Positions 22,001 through 29,987 of a DNA stretch of 64,000 nucleotides are shown in pieces. The position numbers were made by a program, and so were the translations under genes. The DNA is from an uncultured Clostridia bacterium (GTDB lineage Bacteria > Bacillota > Clostridia > Christensenellales > CAG-917). Every line of letters starts with the position of its first letter. Positions within the stretch are counted from its first letter, which is position 1. The notes under the pieces were generated by a model. The model saw only the letters and a program-made list of their open reading frames with translations, did not search any database and was not told where the DNA came from. The stretch is from positions 2,547-66,546 of the forward strand of contig CANQBO010000004.1 of the NCBI GenBank assembly GCA_947589475.1, written 5' to 3'.

Positions 22001-23802
22001 GAGCATTTTCAGATTGCACATCACTTGAAACAGTCAATTGGAATGCTACAAATTGTACATCCGCAGGACATTCTCCTTATGCCATTTTTAATGGTTGTAT
22101 TATACTTAATGCGGTAAATATAGAAAATGACGTTCAAACAATTCCCGGTTATGCCTTCTACGGTTGCACAGGCTTGACTGAGATAACAATTCCCGACAGC
22201 GTGACAAGCATAGGCGGTAGTGCATTCTCCAATTGCACAGGCTTGCAGACAGTCACTATTGGCGACGGTGTGACAAGCATAGGCGGTAGTGCATTCTCCA
22301 ATTGCACAGGCTTGCAGACAGTCACTATTGGCGACGGTGTGACAAGCATAGGCGGTAGTGCATTCTATAATTGCACAGGCTTGACTGAGATTACTATCCC
22401 CGACAGCGTGACAAGCATAGGCAAATATGCACTCTACGGTTGCACAGGCTTGAGTGAGATATCGATCCCCGACAGCGTGACAAGCATAGGCGAGTCTGCA
22501 TTCTCCGGGTGCAAAGGCTTACAGACTGTCAATTGGAATGCAACAAATTGTACAGAGGTGGGTTCTGATTCCCATTATATTTTCTATGGTTGCACTCAAC
22601 TCACAACAGTAAAGATAGGTGATAACGTACAAACAATTCCCGATTATGCATTCTACGGTTGCACAGGCTTGACTGAGATTACTATCCCCGACAGCGTGAC
22701 AAGCATAGGTTATTATGCATTCTACGGTTGCACAGGCTTGCAGACAGTGACAATAGACGAAGGTGTGCAAAGCATAGGTTATAATGCATTCGAAGGTTGC
22801 ACAGGCATAAAAGTTGCTACTATGCCAGCTTTGGCAATAGGCTATATCCCAAACAAATATAGTCTAACCACTGTTAATATTACAAAAGGCGATATAGGCG
22901 GTAGTGCATTCTCCAATTGCGCAGGCTTGCAGACAGTCGCTATTGGCGACGGTGTGACAAGCATAGGCAAGTCTGCATTCTATAATTGCACAGGCTTGAC
23001 TGAGATTACTATCCCCGACAGCGTGACAAGCATAGGCGGTAGTGCATTCTCCAATTGCACAGGCTTGCAGACAGTCAATTGGAATGCAATAAATTGCACA
23101 TATAATGGAAGTGAATATTATGTATTTACAGGTTGTAATAAACTTACGACGATAAACTTCGATGATAACGTACAAACAATTCCTGCTTCTATATTCTCTA
23201 AGTGTACAAACATAACTAGAGTAAATTATCTCGGAACTCTCAAAGGTTGGTGTGAGATAGAGTTAGGCAACGCATCATCAAATCCTTTGTATGTTGCAAA
23301 CGCTACCAAAGTAGGAAAGGCAAAATTGTATCTAAAAAATGTCGAGGTAACAGGCAATGTGAATATTCCATTGGGAACAACAAAAATAGGCGATCATGCA
23401 TTCTATGGACTTACAGGCTTAACCTCTGTTACTATTCCTGACAGCGTGGAAAGCATAGGCGGTAGTGCATTCTCCAATTGCGCAGGCTTGCAGACAGTCA
23501 CTATTGGCGACGGTGTGACAAGCATAGGCAAGTCTGCATTCTATAATTGCACAGGCTTGAAAGATATATATTATGCGGGAGATAAAACGCCGTGGGAAAA
23601 TATCGAGAAAGGCGAGCGTTGGGACCAATACTGGGTTCAGTTAGATTATTATAGTGGTTCATACTATACCATCAATTATCAACTCCACTACAATTCCACG
23701 GGGCCCGAGGATGAGAGCTCGGCAAGCGAAGCGGCGGCGGTGATTTTACAAAATGCGGTCGTGGATGTGGACGCTCCCAAAGAGTGGGCAAAAGAAAACT
23801 GA
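19096..23802 (+). CDS. BspA-type leucine-rich-repeat surface lipoprotein with InlB B-repeat-like domains
   Basis: Lipobox LAAC; GW-containing repeats (PTRLNHTFFGW, RTGYSFKGW); more than 20 23-aa repeats of type IPDSVTSIGxxAFxxCTGL. Confidence 0.92.
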   Translation: MKRKGKIFIALLAVALLLCIAAVTLAACDPKEQSIVGHTGRYYEYNGGIKAPNLWVDIQADGWVDDAGLRGTYKLSGSAISLYCDGELLFEGTLENGVLTIYILGVPTKYYKDGFGPSSGSQTPTTPDEKPEEKPENTKCTVTYHANGGIFSGDNEIYSITVNKNSKLTAPTSPTRLNHTFFGWSKKSNSSDLWNFDTDTVESDLDLYAVWQQRSAVIFSVEGASIDGTDIFMLVDRNTTQVSLSNMIVCSNDSTWELYYDSLGQTKIPTKIAASKNGHLNDGANDFWIVVTSKDNVQTNVYQLTVYRSYAVPVNYMDGLSLLKAETAYTGYEYSLRYTPNIKGYKFNGWKIDGETATTVTPWGAVNVDVDKTANKYQVNFNENGGTLSSGDKAPVTVTYDDEFDFPIPSRTGYSFKGWEYDGKLLSDLGGNSLTGWDIAQSVTVKAKWEANQYKVTIKSDNVEMGTVSDEGDHEWDYDSTHTLTANTNEGCTFMGWYDNDKLLSRELNYQITVSTTNPTYTAKWYKIQIAPEDKSQGITVELNNTYIVGQEVYIEATPYLGYDFAGWYVDGKNLSQEEEYIYIMPENETKVIAKFSVVPEMANYTFTSSMTECNITGIVDTSVEEIIIPDYVTGVYSYAFDECDNVTSATIPAIATEALPKNNLTTVTITSGEIHKRAFFYCTSLQTVTIGEGVTSISTDAFHYCTGLTEITISDSVTSIDYRAFYGCTGLTEITIPDSVTGIDDDAFEGCYKLVHIRNLSGVQILSPAWIGEVLTTKDAEFQNKLERDDNGIWTYTVGDTVYAIRYDGESTDLDLPLNESIDAIYLYAFYNSRLTSVIIPDGVTSIGDYAFEGCTSLTEITIPDGVTSIGDYAFEGCTSLTEITIPDGVTSIGYYAFASCTGLQTANWNATNCKVRDYRYSIFAGDTQLTTVNIGDKVQTIPYWTFCDCTSLKTVTIGKSVTSIGIGAFSDCTSLETVNWNATNCTSAGHSPYAIFNGCIILNAVNIENDVQTIPGYAFYGCTGLTEITIPDSVTSIGGSAFSNCTGLQTVTIGDGVTSIGGSAFSNCTGLQTVTIGDGVTSIGGSAFYNCTGLTEITIPDSVTSIGKYALYGCTGLSEISIPDSVTSIGESAFSGCKGLQTVNWNATNCTEVGSDSHYIFYGCTQLTTVKIGDNVQTIPDYAFYGCTGLTEITIPDSVTSIGYYAFYGCTGLQTVTIDEGVQSIGYNAFEGCTGIKVATMPALAIGYIPNKYSLTTVNITKGDIGGSAFSNCAGLQTVAIGDGVTSIGKSAFYNCTGLTEITIPDSVTSIGGSAFSNCTGLQTVNWNAINCTYNGSEYYVFTGCNKLTTINFDDNVQTIPASIFSKCTNITRVNYLGTLKGWCEIELGNASSNPLYVANATKVGKAKLYLKNVEVTGNVNIPLGTTKIGDHAFYGLTGLTSVTIPDSVESIGGSAFSNCAGLQTVTIGDGVTSIGKSAFYNCTGLKDIYYAGDKTPWENIEKGERWDQYWVQLDYYSGSYYTINYQLHYNSTGPEDESSASEAAAVILQNAVVDVDAPKEWAKEN
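21616..21780 (+). repeat. Identical 69-bp LRR coding units in tandem
   Basis: 21616-21684 is identical to 21685-21753, with a partial third copy. Confidence 0.9.
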
Positions 23803-23931
23803 CAAAAGATAGACAAATGATTTGAAAAACTAACGCTAAAATCACAAGGCGTCGCTCGGTTGGGCGGCGCCGCGGTTTTTTATGATGGGAGTTGGCGACA
23901 TTTTGCAGTCGAATTTTGGGAAAAGTAGGCG

Positions 23932-24912
23932 TCAGTCGTTTTGATACATTTTGAGGGTTTCTTTGAGTTTGGAGATTATTTTGTTGCGGAGGGAGGCGGG
24001 GGAGAGGACTTCGACGTTGGTGTTGTACTGAAGCGCCCAGTAGATCATAGCCTGTTCGCTTGCGCGCACGCGCACGGTGATGGAGTCGCCCTCCTGTTTG
24101 GTCACGGTGAAGCCGTCGCCGAACCAGTCCGTCAAGTCCTTGACGAAGTTTTTGTCGCACTTTAGAGTCGCGCGGACGGGCTTGTCGCTGAACATATAGG
24201 GCAAGCAGGTGGTGAGGTCGTGATAGTTCAAGCCGTGCTCGAAGCCCGCGTTGTCCGTGACGGGGACGGCGTCGGCGGGCAAGATTTCGGGGCGAGTGAT
24301 CCTGTCTATCCTCAGATAGCTTATCTTTCCGCCCTTATTCTCGTTGCGGAAAACCACATAATAGCGTTGATTGTTGAGTAGCATGCCATATGGCGAGCCG
24401 ACATACCGCTCCTTAAAGAGCAACTTTTTGTCCGTGCCCACGGTGTTGTAGTCAAAGGCTATTTGTTTGCCGCCGTCTATCGCCTCGCCGATTATGTCGA
24501 TGTTCAAAAAGAAATCTTTGTTTTCAAACTTGCCCCAATCGTTGACGGAGTGCACGTGCTTGATGTGCTCGCCCACGTCGGGACCGCCCAGCGCGATGAG
24601 CTTGTCGATAAGATCGGAAGAGTAGCGCGTCCCTATATATTTGGAGCCTTGCACGCTGTCTATGAGCCAGCGTATCTCGTACTCTTCAAGCGCGGGTTCG
24701 TCCTGTATGAGATACACCCCGCGCCGCCTCTCGGACAGCGGATAAAAATCTCTCAGGCGGGAGATGTTGCGCCCGACCGCCTTGCGCTCGCACACCACGC
24801 CGTATTCGTCGTACAGCAGGTCGATGATGCGCTGTTGCGTGAGCGGCTCGTCATAGGACGAGTACTTTTTCAAAATGTTGTAGATTTGGATGAGCAGAGT
24901 TTTTGTCGCCAT
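23932..24912 (-). CDS. WYL domain-containing transcriptional regulator (wHTH-WYL-WCX)
   Basis: N-terminal HTH (PLTQQRIIDLL..CERKAVGRNI), WYL core (SPYGMLLNNQRYYVV..YLRIDRI), WCX end (VEVLSPASLR). Confidence 0.9.
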   Translation of the reverse strand: MATKTLLIQIYNILKKYSSYDEPLTQQRIIDLLYDEYGVVCERKAVGRNISRLRDFYPLSERRRGVYLIQDEPALEEYEIRWLIDSVQGSKYIGTRYSSDLIDKLIALGGPDVGEHIKHVHSVNDWGKFENKDFFLNIDIIGEAIDGGKQIAFDYNTVGTDKKLLFKERYVGSPYGMLLNNQRYYVVFRNENKGGKISYLRIDRITRPEILPADAVPVTDNAGFEHGLNYHDLTTCLPYMFSDKPVRATLKCDKNFVKDLTDWFGDGFTVTKQEGDSITVRVRASEQAMIYWALQYNTNVEVLSPASLRNKIISKLKETLKMYQND

Positions 24913-25220
24913 ATTCGCCTCGCTTTGGGACGCCTCACGCCCCTTGTCTTGAAATGAGCATATCAAATATGATGTCCCACTTACGGTACATATTATAGGC
25001 TATGATGTTGTCATAGGCAATACCTCAAACCGAATTTGCCGACGCAAATTTCTGAGGGGCGCAAATATAATCATAGCGGAGGTCCGAACTATGTTGGTTT
25101 TGGCGGCAGGCGCGGCGGTCATCTTGTTTTTAATATCCGTTTTTAAACACTAATGAAAAAGCACGACCCCTTATGAGAAAGCATACTCTAAGGGGTCATG
25201 CAAATGTTTCGATCTGTTTT

Positions 25221-26399
25221 TCAATAATATTCTCTCAGTGTTTTGAACAGGGGAAGGGAGCGGAGTATCCTGCCTTTGTCCACGCAATAGGCGACGCGGC
25301 AATAGCCCTTCGCGGCGAAGTCGTCCCCGGGCACTATGAGCAGACCGAGGTCGCGCGCGCGAAGCGAGAGCGCTTTGGAGTCGCCGTCGGGAGCTTTCAT
25401 CAAAATGTAGAACGCGCCGTCGGGAGGCGCACATTCAAAGCCCGCGGCGATGAGTCCGTCGTACATCAGCTTGCGGTTTTGAGCATAGGCGGCGAGGTCG
25501 GGTGCGGCGTCTTCGCACTTTGCGACTACGCGCTGAGCAAGGGCAGGCGCGCATACATAGCCGAGCGCTCTTCCCGCGCCCTGTATCGCGCAGAACAGCT
25601 CCCTGCACATGTACGCTTTTGGCGAGACCGCGACGTAGCCTATGCGCTCGCCGGGCAGGGAAAGCGTCTTTGAATAGCTGTAGCAGACGACGGTATTTGC
25701 GTAGTAAAGCGGAATGTAGGGCACCGTCGCGCCGTCGTAGGCAAGCTCCCGATAAGGCTCGTCCGAAATGATATAGATATGGGTTTTAAGCTGTTCGCTT
25801 TTGCGCTCGAGCAGGGCGGAGAGCTTCTCTATCAAAGTTTGGGAGTATATCTTTCCGCTCGGATTGTTGGGCGAGTTGACTATGACGGCTTTGGTGCGCG
25901 GAGTTATCGCCGCCTCCATAGCGTCAAGGTCGATGTCGAAGTTTTGCGTAAAGGGTACGGATATGGGCGTGCCGCCCGCCGCTTTGACGTACACGGGATA
26001 TTCCGTAAAATAGGGCGCGCACAGAATAAATTCGTCGCCGCTTTCGCAAAGCGCGTTTATGGATATGGCAAGCGCGGCGGACGCTCCGCAGGTCATGTAT
26101 ATGAGTTCGGACGGCAAGCGGAAGTCGAAACGCCTTTGTATGCCGCGCGATACAGCCTCGCGCGTCTCGTCAAGCCCGTGCGCCGATGTGTAGCCGTGTA
26201 TGCTTATCGTATCGGGATCTTCGGCGAGCGCCGCTATAGTCTTTTGCACCTTATGCGGGGCAGGGACGCAGGGATCTCCTATCGAAAAGTCGAAAACGTA
26301 GTCTTTCCCAAGTGATTTCGCGCGCTGTTTGCCGAAGTCGTTGAGTTCTCTTATCACGGAGCCTTCGCGTCCGACATCAAACATAAATTTGTTGAACAT
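25221..26399 (-). CDS. PLP-dependent aminotransferase class I/II (aspartate aminotransferase-like)
   Basis: NSPNNPSG, SDEPY, SYSKTLSLPGERIGY, DGAFY. Confidence 0.93.
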   Translation of the reverse strand: MFNKFMFDVGREGSVIRELNDFGKQRAKSLGKDYVFDFSIGDPCVPAPHKVQKTIAALAEDPDTISIHGYTSAHGLDETREAVSRGIQRRFDFRLPSELIYMTCGASAALAISINALCESGDEFILCAPYFTEYPVYVKAAGGTPISVPFTQNFDIDLDAMEAAITPRTKAVIVNSPNNPSGKIYSQTLIEKLSALLERKSEQLKTHIYIISDEPYRELAYDGATVPYIPLYYANTVVCYSYSKTLSLPGERIGYVAVSPKAYMCRELFCAIQGAGRALGYVCAPALAQRVVAKCEDAAPDLAAYAQNRKLMYDGLIAAGFECAPPDGAFYILMKAPDGDSKALSLRARDLGLLIVPGDDFAAKGYCRVAYCVDKGRILRSLPLFKTLREYY

Positions 26400-26512
26400 T
26401 TCCTTGTCTCCTAATATTTTTATTATTATATCACCGCGACTCGGAGTTTGTAAATATTTTTGATGACAAGCGGGACAAGCGGTGCTAAAATATATATGGA
26501 AAGGAGGGAGCT

Positions 26513-27268
26513 ATGGCTACTCTTAAAGATTCAAACGTTGAAGCGGTGAAAAGGCTCGCCGACGCGCTCAGAGGCGCGACGAGAGCGGTCGCGCTTACGG
26601 GGGCGGGCATATCCGTGCCCAGCGGCATACCCGATTTTAGAAGCGGCGGCGGACTATACAGCACAAAGTTCGGCAAATTCGACCCCGAAACTATGCTTTC
26701 GCGTTCGTTTTTTGACGCGCACCCCGAGGAGTTTTTCGCGTTTTACAGGGAGAAAATGATATATGAGGGCGCAAAACCAAACCCCGCGCACCTTATGCTT
26801 GCCGAGCTTGAGAGGAGGGGAATACTCTCCGCCGTCGTCACGCAGAACATAGACGGTTTGCATTTCGACGCGGGCAACAAGCGCGTTTTCGAGTTGCACG
26901 GCAGTGTGAGGCGCAACAGATGTATGAAGTGCGGCAAGAGACAGGACGGGACGGACGTCGTCTTGAAATCGGACGGAGTGCCGAGGTGCGACTGCGGCGG
27001 CGTCATAAAGCCCGACGTGGTGCTGTATGAGGAACCGCTCGACAAGGACGTCTTTATGGGCGCGGAGAGGTGTATCGAGCATGCCGACGTCATGCTTGTC
27101 ATAGGCACTTCCCTCAAAGTTTATCCCGCCGCGGGGCTGTTGTATTCCTTTTCGGGGGATACGCTCGCGCTCATAAACAAGGGCGATGCCATGACGGGCG
27201 GCAGGGCGGACATATTCATCGACGACGATTGCGCCGCCGTCGCTCAAGAATTGATGAAACTGCTGTAA
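26513..27268 (+). CDS. cobB: NAD-dependent protein deacylase, Sir2 family
   Basis: GAGISVPSGIPDFRS, TQNIDGLH, ELHGS, KPDVVLYEE, GTSL.VYPAA. Confidence 0.93.
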   Translation: MATLKDSNVEAVKRLADALRGATRAVALTGAGISVPSGIPDFRSGGGLYSTKFGKFDPETMLSRSFFDAHPEEFFAFYREKMIYEGAKPNPAHLMLAELERRGILSAVVTQNIDGLHFDAGNKRVFELHGSVRRNRCMKCGKRQDGTDVVLKSDGVPRCDCGGVIKPDVVLYEEPLDKDVFMGAERCIEHADVMLVIGTSLKVYPAAGLLYSFSGDTLALINKGDAMTGGRADIFIDDDCAAVAQELMKLL

Positions 27269-27358
27269 ACAAAGGTTTAAAACATCAAAACGCGCGCATG
27301 AAATGCCTTTTTCGCAAATATATGCGCATCGATGTAAACATATAAGGAGGCGAAATGT

Positions 27359-28063
27359 ATGAATATAGACGAAAAATATTTCGCGCCGTCCGTGGCGGAC
27401 AATTCTTTGGATGGCGTGCTCGAGCCGTGCGAAAAAGTGCTTTTCCGTTCAAAACCGGACAAAAAATCGTACATTTTGGCGGCGGTGATCAAGATGTTGC
27501 CTATCGCTCTCATTTGGCTGTGCTTTGACGCAACTTTCCTCATTTTCATAGGGCGGGCACTAAGCAGAGGCGAAATGCCCATGTCAATGCTCGGCTTTGT
27601 CATCCCTTTTTTCATAATACATCTTGCGCCCGTGTGGATATGGCTGTACAGGATAATACGCTCCACGGTTGAGATCAAAAACATAGAATACGCCTTTACG
27701 GACAGGCGCGTAATCGTGCGCAGCGGCGTCATCGGCATAGATTTCAAATTTTTCTACTACGACAAAATAGAAAGCGTCGTCGCAAAGGTGGGACTCATAG
27801 ACAGAATGTGCAAAGTGGGCGACATCTACATCACCGCGGCGGGCACGGCGGGCGTCATCTTCGACCAAAAGGATCCCTACGGACTTGCGACCAAACTTCA
27901 AAAGCTTGCGACGGACATCCGCGCCGACATCAGCTATCCAAATGCTCTCCGTCCCGATCAAAACCCCGGCTACAACACGCAACTCGCCTCGGACGCGTTT
28001 GCGCCAACCGCCGACGGCGCACAGGCTCAAGAAACAGCCGAGGAAAATAAAGATCAAGAATAA
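27359..28063 (+). CDS. Membrane protein with bacterial PH domain
   Basis: Two TM helices followed by EYAFTDRRVIVRSGVIG..VGDIYI. Confidence 0.75.
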   Translation: MNIDEKYFAPSVADNSLDGVLEPCEKVLFRSKPDKKSYILAAVIKMLPIALIWLCFDATFLIFIGRALSRGEMPMSMLGFVIPFFIIHLAPVWIWLYRIIRSTVEIKNIEYAFTDRRVIVRSGVIGIDFKFFYYDKIESVVAKVGLIDRMCKVGDIYITAAGTAGVIFDQKDPYGLATKLQKLATDIRADISYPNALRPDQNPGYNTQLASDAFAPTADGAQAQETAEENKDQE

Positions 28064-28197
28064 ATTGTGAATGTATCCCGATATGAGGCACAAGGCGGGA
28101 AAATATTCCTGCGGGAGTGTGGACGAAAAAAGACTGAGACGCGGGGGTTTAAACCCGCATATGACGCGCGGAGGGGAGTAAAATATATCATAAAAAG

Positions 28198-28223
28198 AAA
28201 GCGGGCTTGTCGCCCGCTTTTTT
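28198..28223. terminator. Bidirectional terminator
   Basis: AAAGCGGGC-TTGTC-GCCCGCTTTTTT between convergent genes. Confidence 0.75.
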
Positions 28224-28246
28224 ATATCATCGTCGACAGGCGAAGC

Positions 28247-29557
28247 CTAATCGACGGAAAATTCGGAATAGATGGCGTTTATCGCTTTTTCGTAGTCGAA
28301 GGAGTCCACTCCGACGATTATGTTCAACTCGGAGGAGCCTTGATCTATCATGCGGATGTTGATGTGTTTTTCGGCGAGCGCCTTGAATATCTTCGCGGCG
28401 GTGCCCTGTCTTGAGGTCATGTTGTGTCCTACCGTAGCGATGAGGGACAGTCCCGACTGCACGTCTATGCCGTCCGCTTTCGTAGCGCGCCAAAGCGAGG
28501 CGATGAGGGAGGGCAGTTTGCCCTCGAGATATTCGTCCCTCACGATTACGGACAGCGCGTCTATGCCGGATGGCATATGCTCAAACGACACGCCCTCCTC
28601 CTCGAGCACGGACAGCACGCGGCGCGCAAATCCTATTTCGCTGTTCATCATTTCCTTTTGGATGTTGATGATCGAAAAGCCTTTTCTGCCCGCGATGCCC
28701 GCGATCACGTTTTTCCCACCCATATGGCGCACGTTCGGCACGATTACGGTCCCCGCCGCGGACGGATGGAAGGTGTTTTTTATGTTTATTGGGATACCCG
28801 CGCGGCGCACGGGGAATATAGCCTCGGGATGAAGCACTTCCGCTCCCATGTACGCAAGCTCCCTAAGCTCGTCATAGCTCAGGCACTCTATCAGCTTCGG
28901 AGATCGCACTATGCGCGGGTCTGCGGAGAGGAAACCGTCGACGTCCGTCCAGTTTTCGTATACGTCCGCGCCCACAGCGCTTGCGACGATCGCCCCCGAG
29001 ATGTCGCTGCCTCCGCGCGAAAAAGTCTTTATCTCGCCGTTGGGCAAAGCGCCGTAAAAACCGGGGAGCACCGCGCGATCCGCTTTGCTCAGTGCGGCGC
29101 GCAGACGCGTGAGGGAGTCCTCGAGCAGCAGTTCGCCGTCATTGGAAAACGCAATAAGACCCGCCGTATCCACAAACGGAACGTCGAGGGCGGCGGCGAG
29201 GATGACGGCGCTCAAATACTCGCCGCGGGAAGCAGTAAAATCGCGCGAATGCGCATTCAGGATGTCCTCGCGCACTCCGTCAAGTATCGCCGAGATGTCG
29301 ATGTTCAAGCCGAGGTCGTCGCATATGTCGCAAAATCGCCGATATATTGCAGAAAATTTTTCGTCGAAATCTCCGCCGTCAAGCGCGGAAAAACAGGCGT
29401 ACAGCGCGTCCGTGATCTTTATGTCGGCTTTGTTACGCTTGCCGGGAGCAGAGACTACGACGTACTTGCGGCTCGCGTCCCGCCGCACGATCTCCATAAC
29501 TTTTCTTATGCTTTCGCCGTCCGCCATGGACGTGCCGCCAAATTTGCATACTCGCAT
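28247..29557 (-). CDS. lysC: Aspartate kinase
   Basis: KFGGTS, VVSAPGKR, TFSRGGSD, WTDVDG, two ACT domains; start MRVCKFGG. Confidence 0.92.
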   Translation of the reverse strand: MRVCKFGGTSMADGESIRKVMEIVRRDASRKYVVVSAPGKRNKADIKITDALYACFSALDGGDFDEKFSAIYRRFCDICDDLGLNIDISAILDGVREDILNAHSRDFTASRGEYLSAVILAAALDVPFVDTAGLIAFSNDGELLLEDSLTRLRAALSKADRAVLPGFYGALPNGEIKTFSRGGSDISGAIVASAVGADVYENWTDVDGFLSADPRIVRSPKLIECLSYDELRELAYMGAEVLHPEAIFPVRRAGIPINIKNTFHPSAAGTVIVPNVRHMGGKNVIAGIAGRKGFSIINIQKEMMNSEIGFARRVLSVLEEEGVSFEHMPSGIDALSVIVRDEYLEGKLPSLIASLWRATKADGIDVQSGLSLIATVGHNMTSRQGTAAKIFKALAEKHINIRMIDQGSSELNIIVGVDSFDYEKAINAIYSEFSVD

Positions 29558-29737
29558 ATCGGACACCCAACACCTTTTACTTCTGTTATATTCTATTGTT
29601 TCGCGCGCGAAGTGGTGAATTTTTAAGCGGGTCGCGCGACGAGTAGCTTCGCGTCCGAGCGACGTAGTCACTGACTGAGTTTGGAGCGTCGCTAAACGAG
29701 GGGCATGGCAGGGAATTCGCATTTCGGATAAAAGCAA

Positions 29738-29775
29738 ACCGCGAGGGAATATGTCATCTCATATTCCCTCGCGGT
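29738..29775 (-). terminator. Perfect 16-bp hairpin, probable terminator downstream of GH3 gene
   Basis: ACCGCGAGGGAATATG-TCATCT-CATATTCCCTCGCGGT followed by TTGCTTTT on the - strand. Confidence 0.65.
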
Positions 29776-29987
29776 CGTTCTTTGATCAACGCTCATTCTA
29801 TTTAGGAGCCGAGCGCCGCAACGCTTTTCATGACAAGCGCAGTATTTTGTCGATATCCGCGTTTTGTCAAGCGTCGCGCAACGATCGCCGTAAGTTGGCG
29901 CTTAGTTTTGTGACAAATGCCGATTGAAGCTCGGAGTTTGCGCAATTAAGGCATATAGTTCGGCGGTCCTTTTTTCGGGCAGGACGA

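Noticed and set aside
19096-23802. Diversity-generating retroelement acting on the LRR gene
   Set aside because: No reverse transcriptase and no template/variable pair with adenine-specific differences in the window.
29558-29740. Lysine riboswitch upstream of aspartate kinase
   Set aside because: No L-box consensus seen, and a TATAAC -10 candidate lies too close to the start codon.
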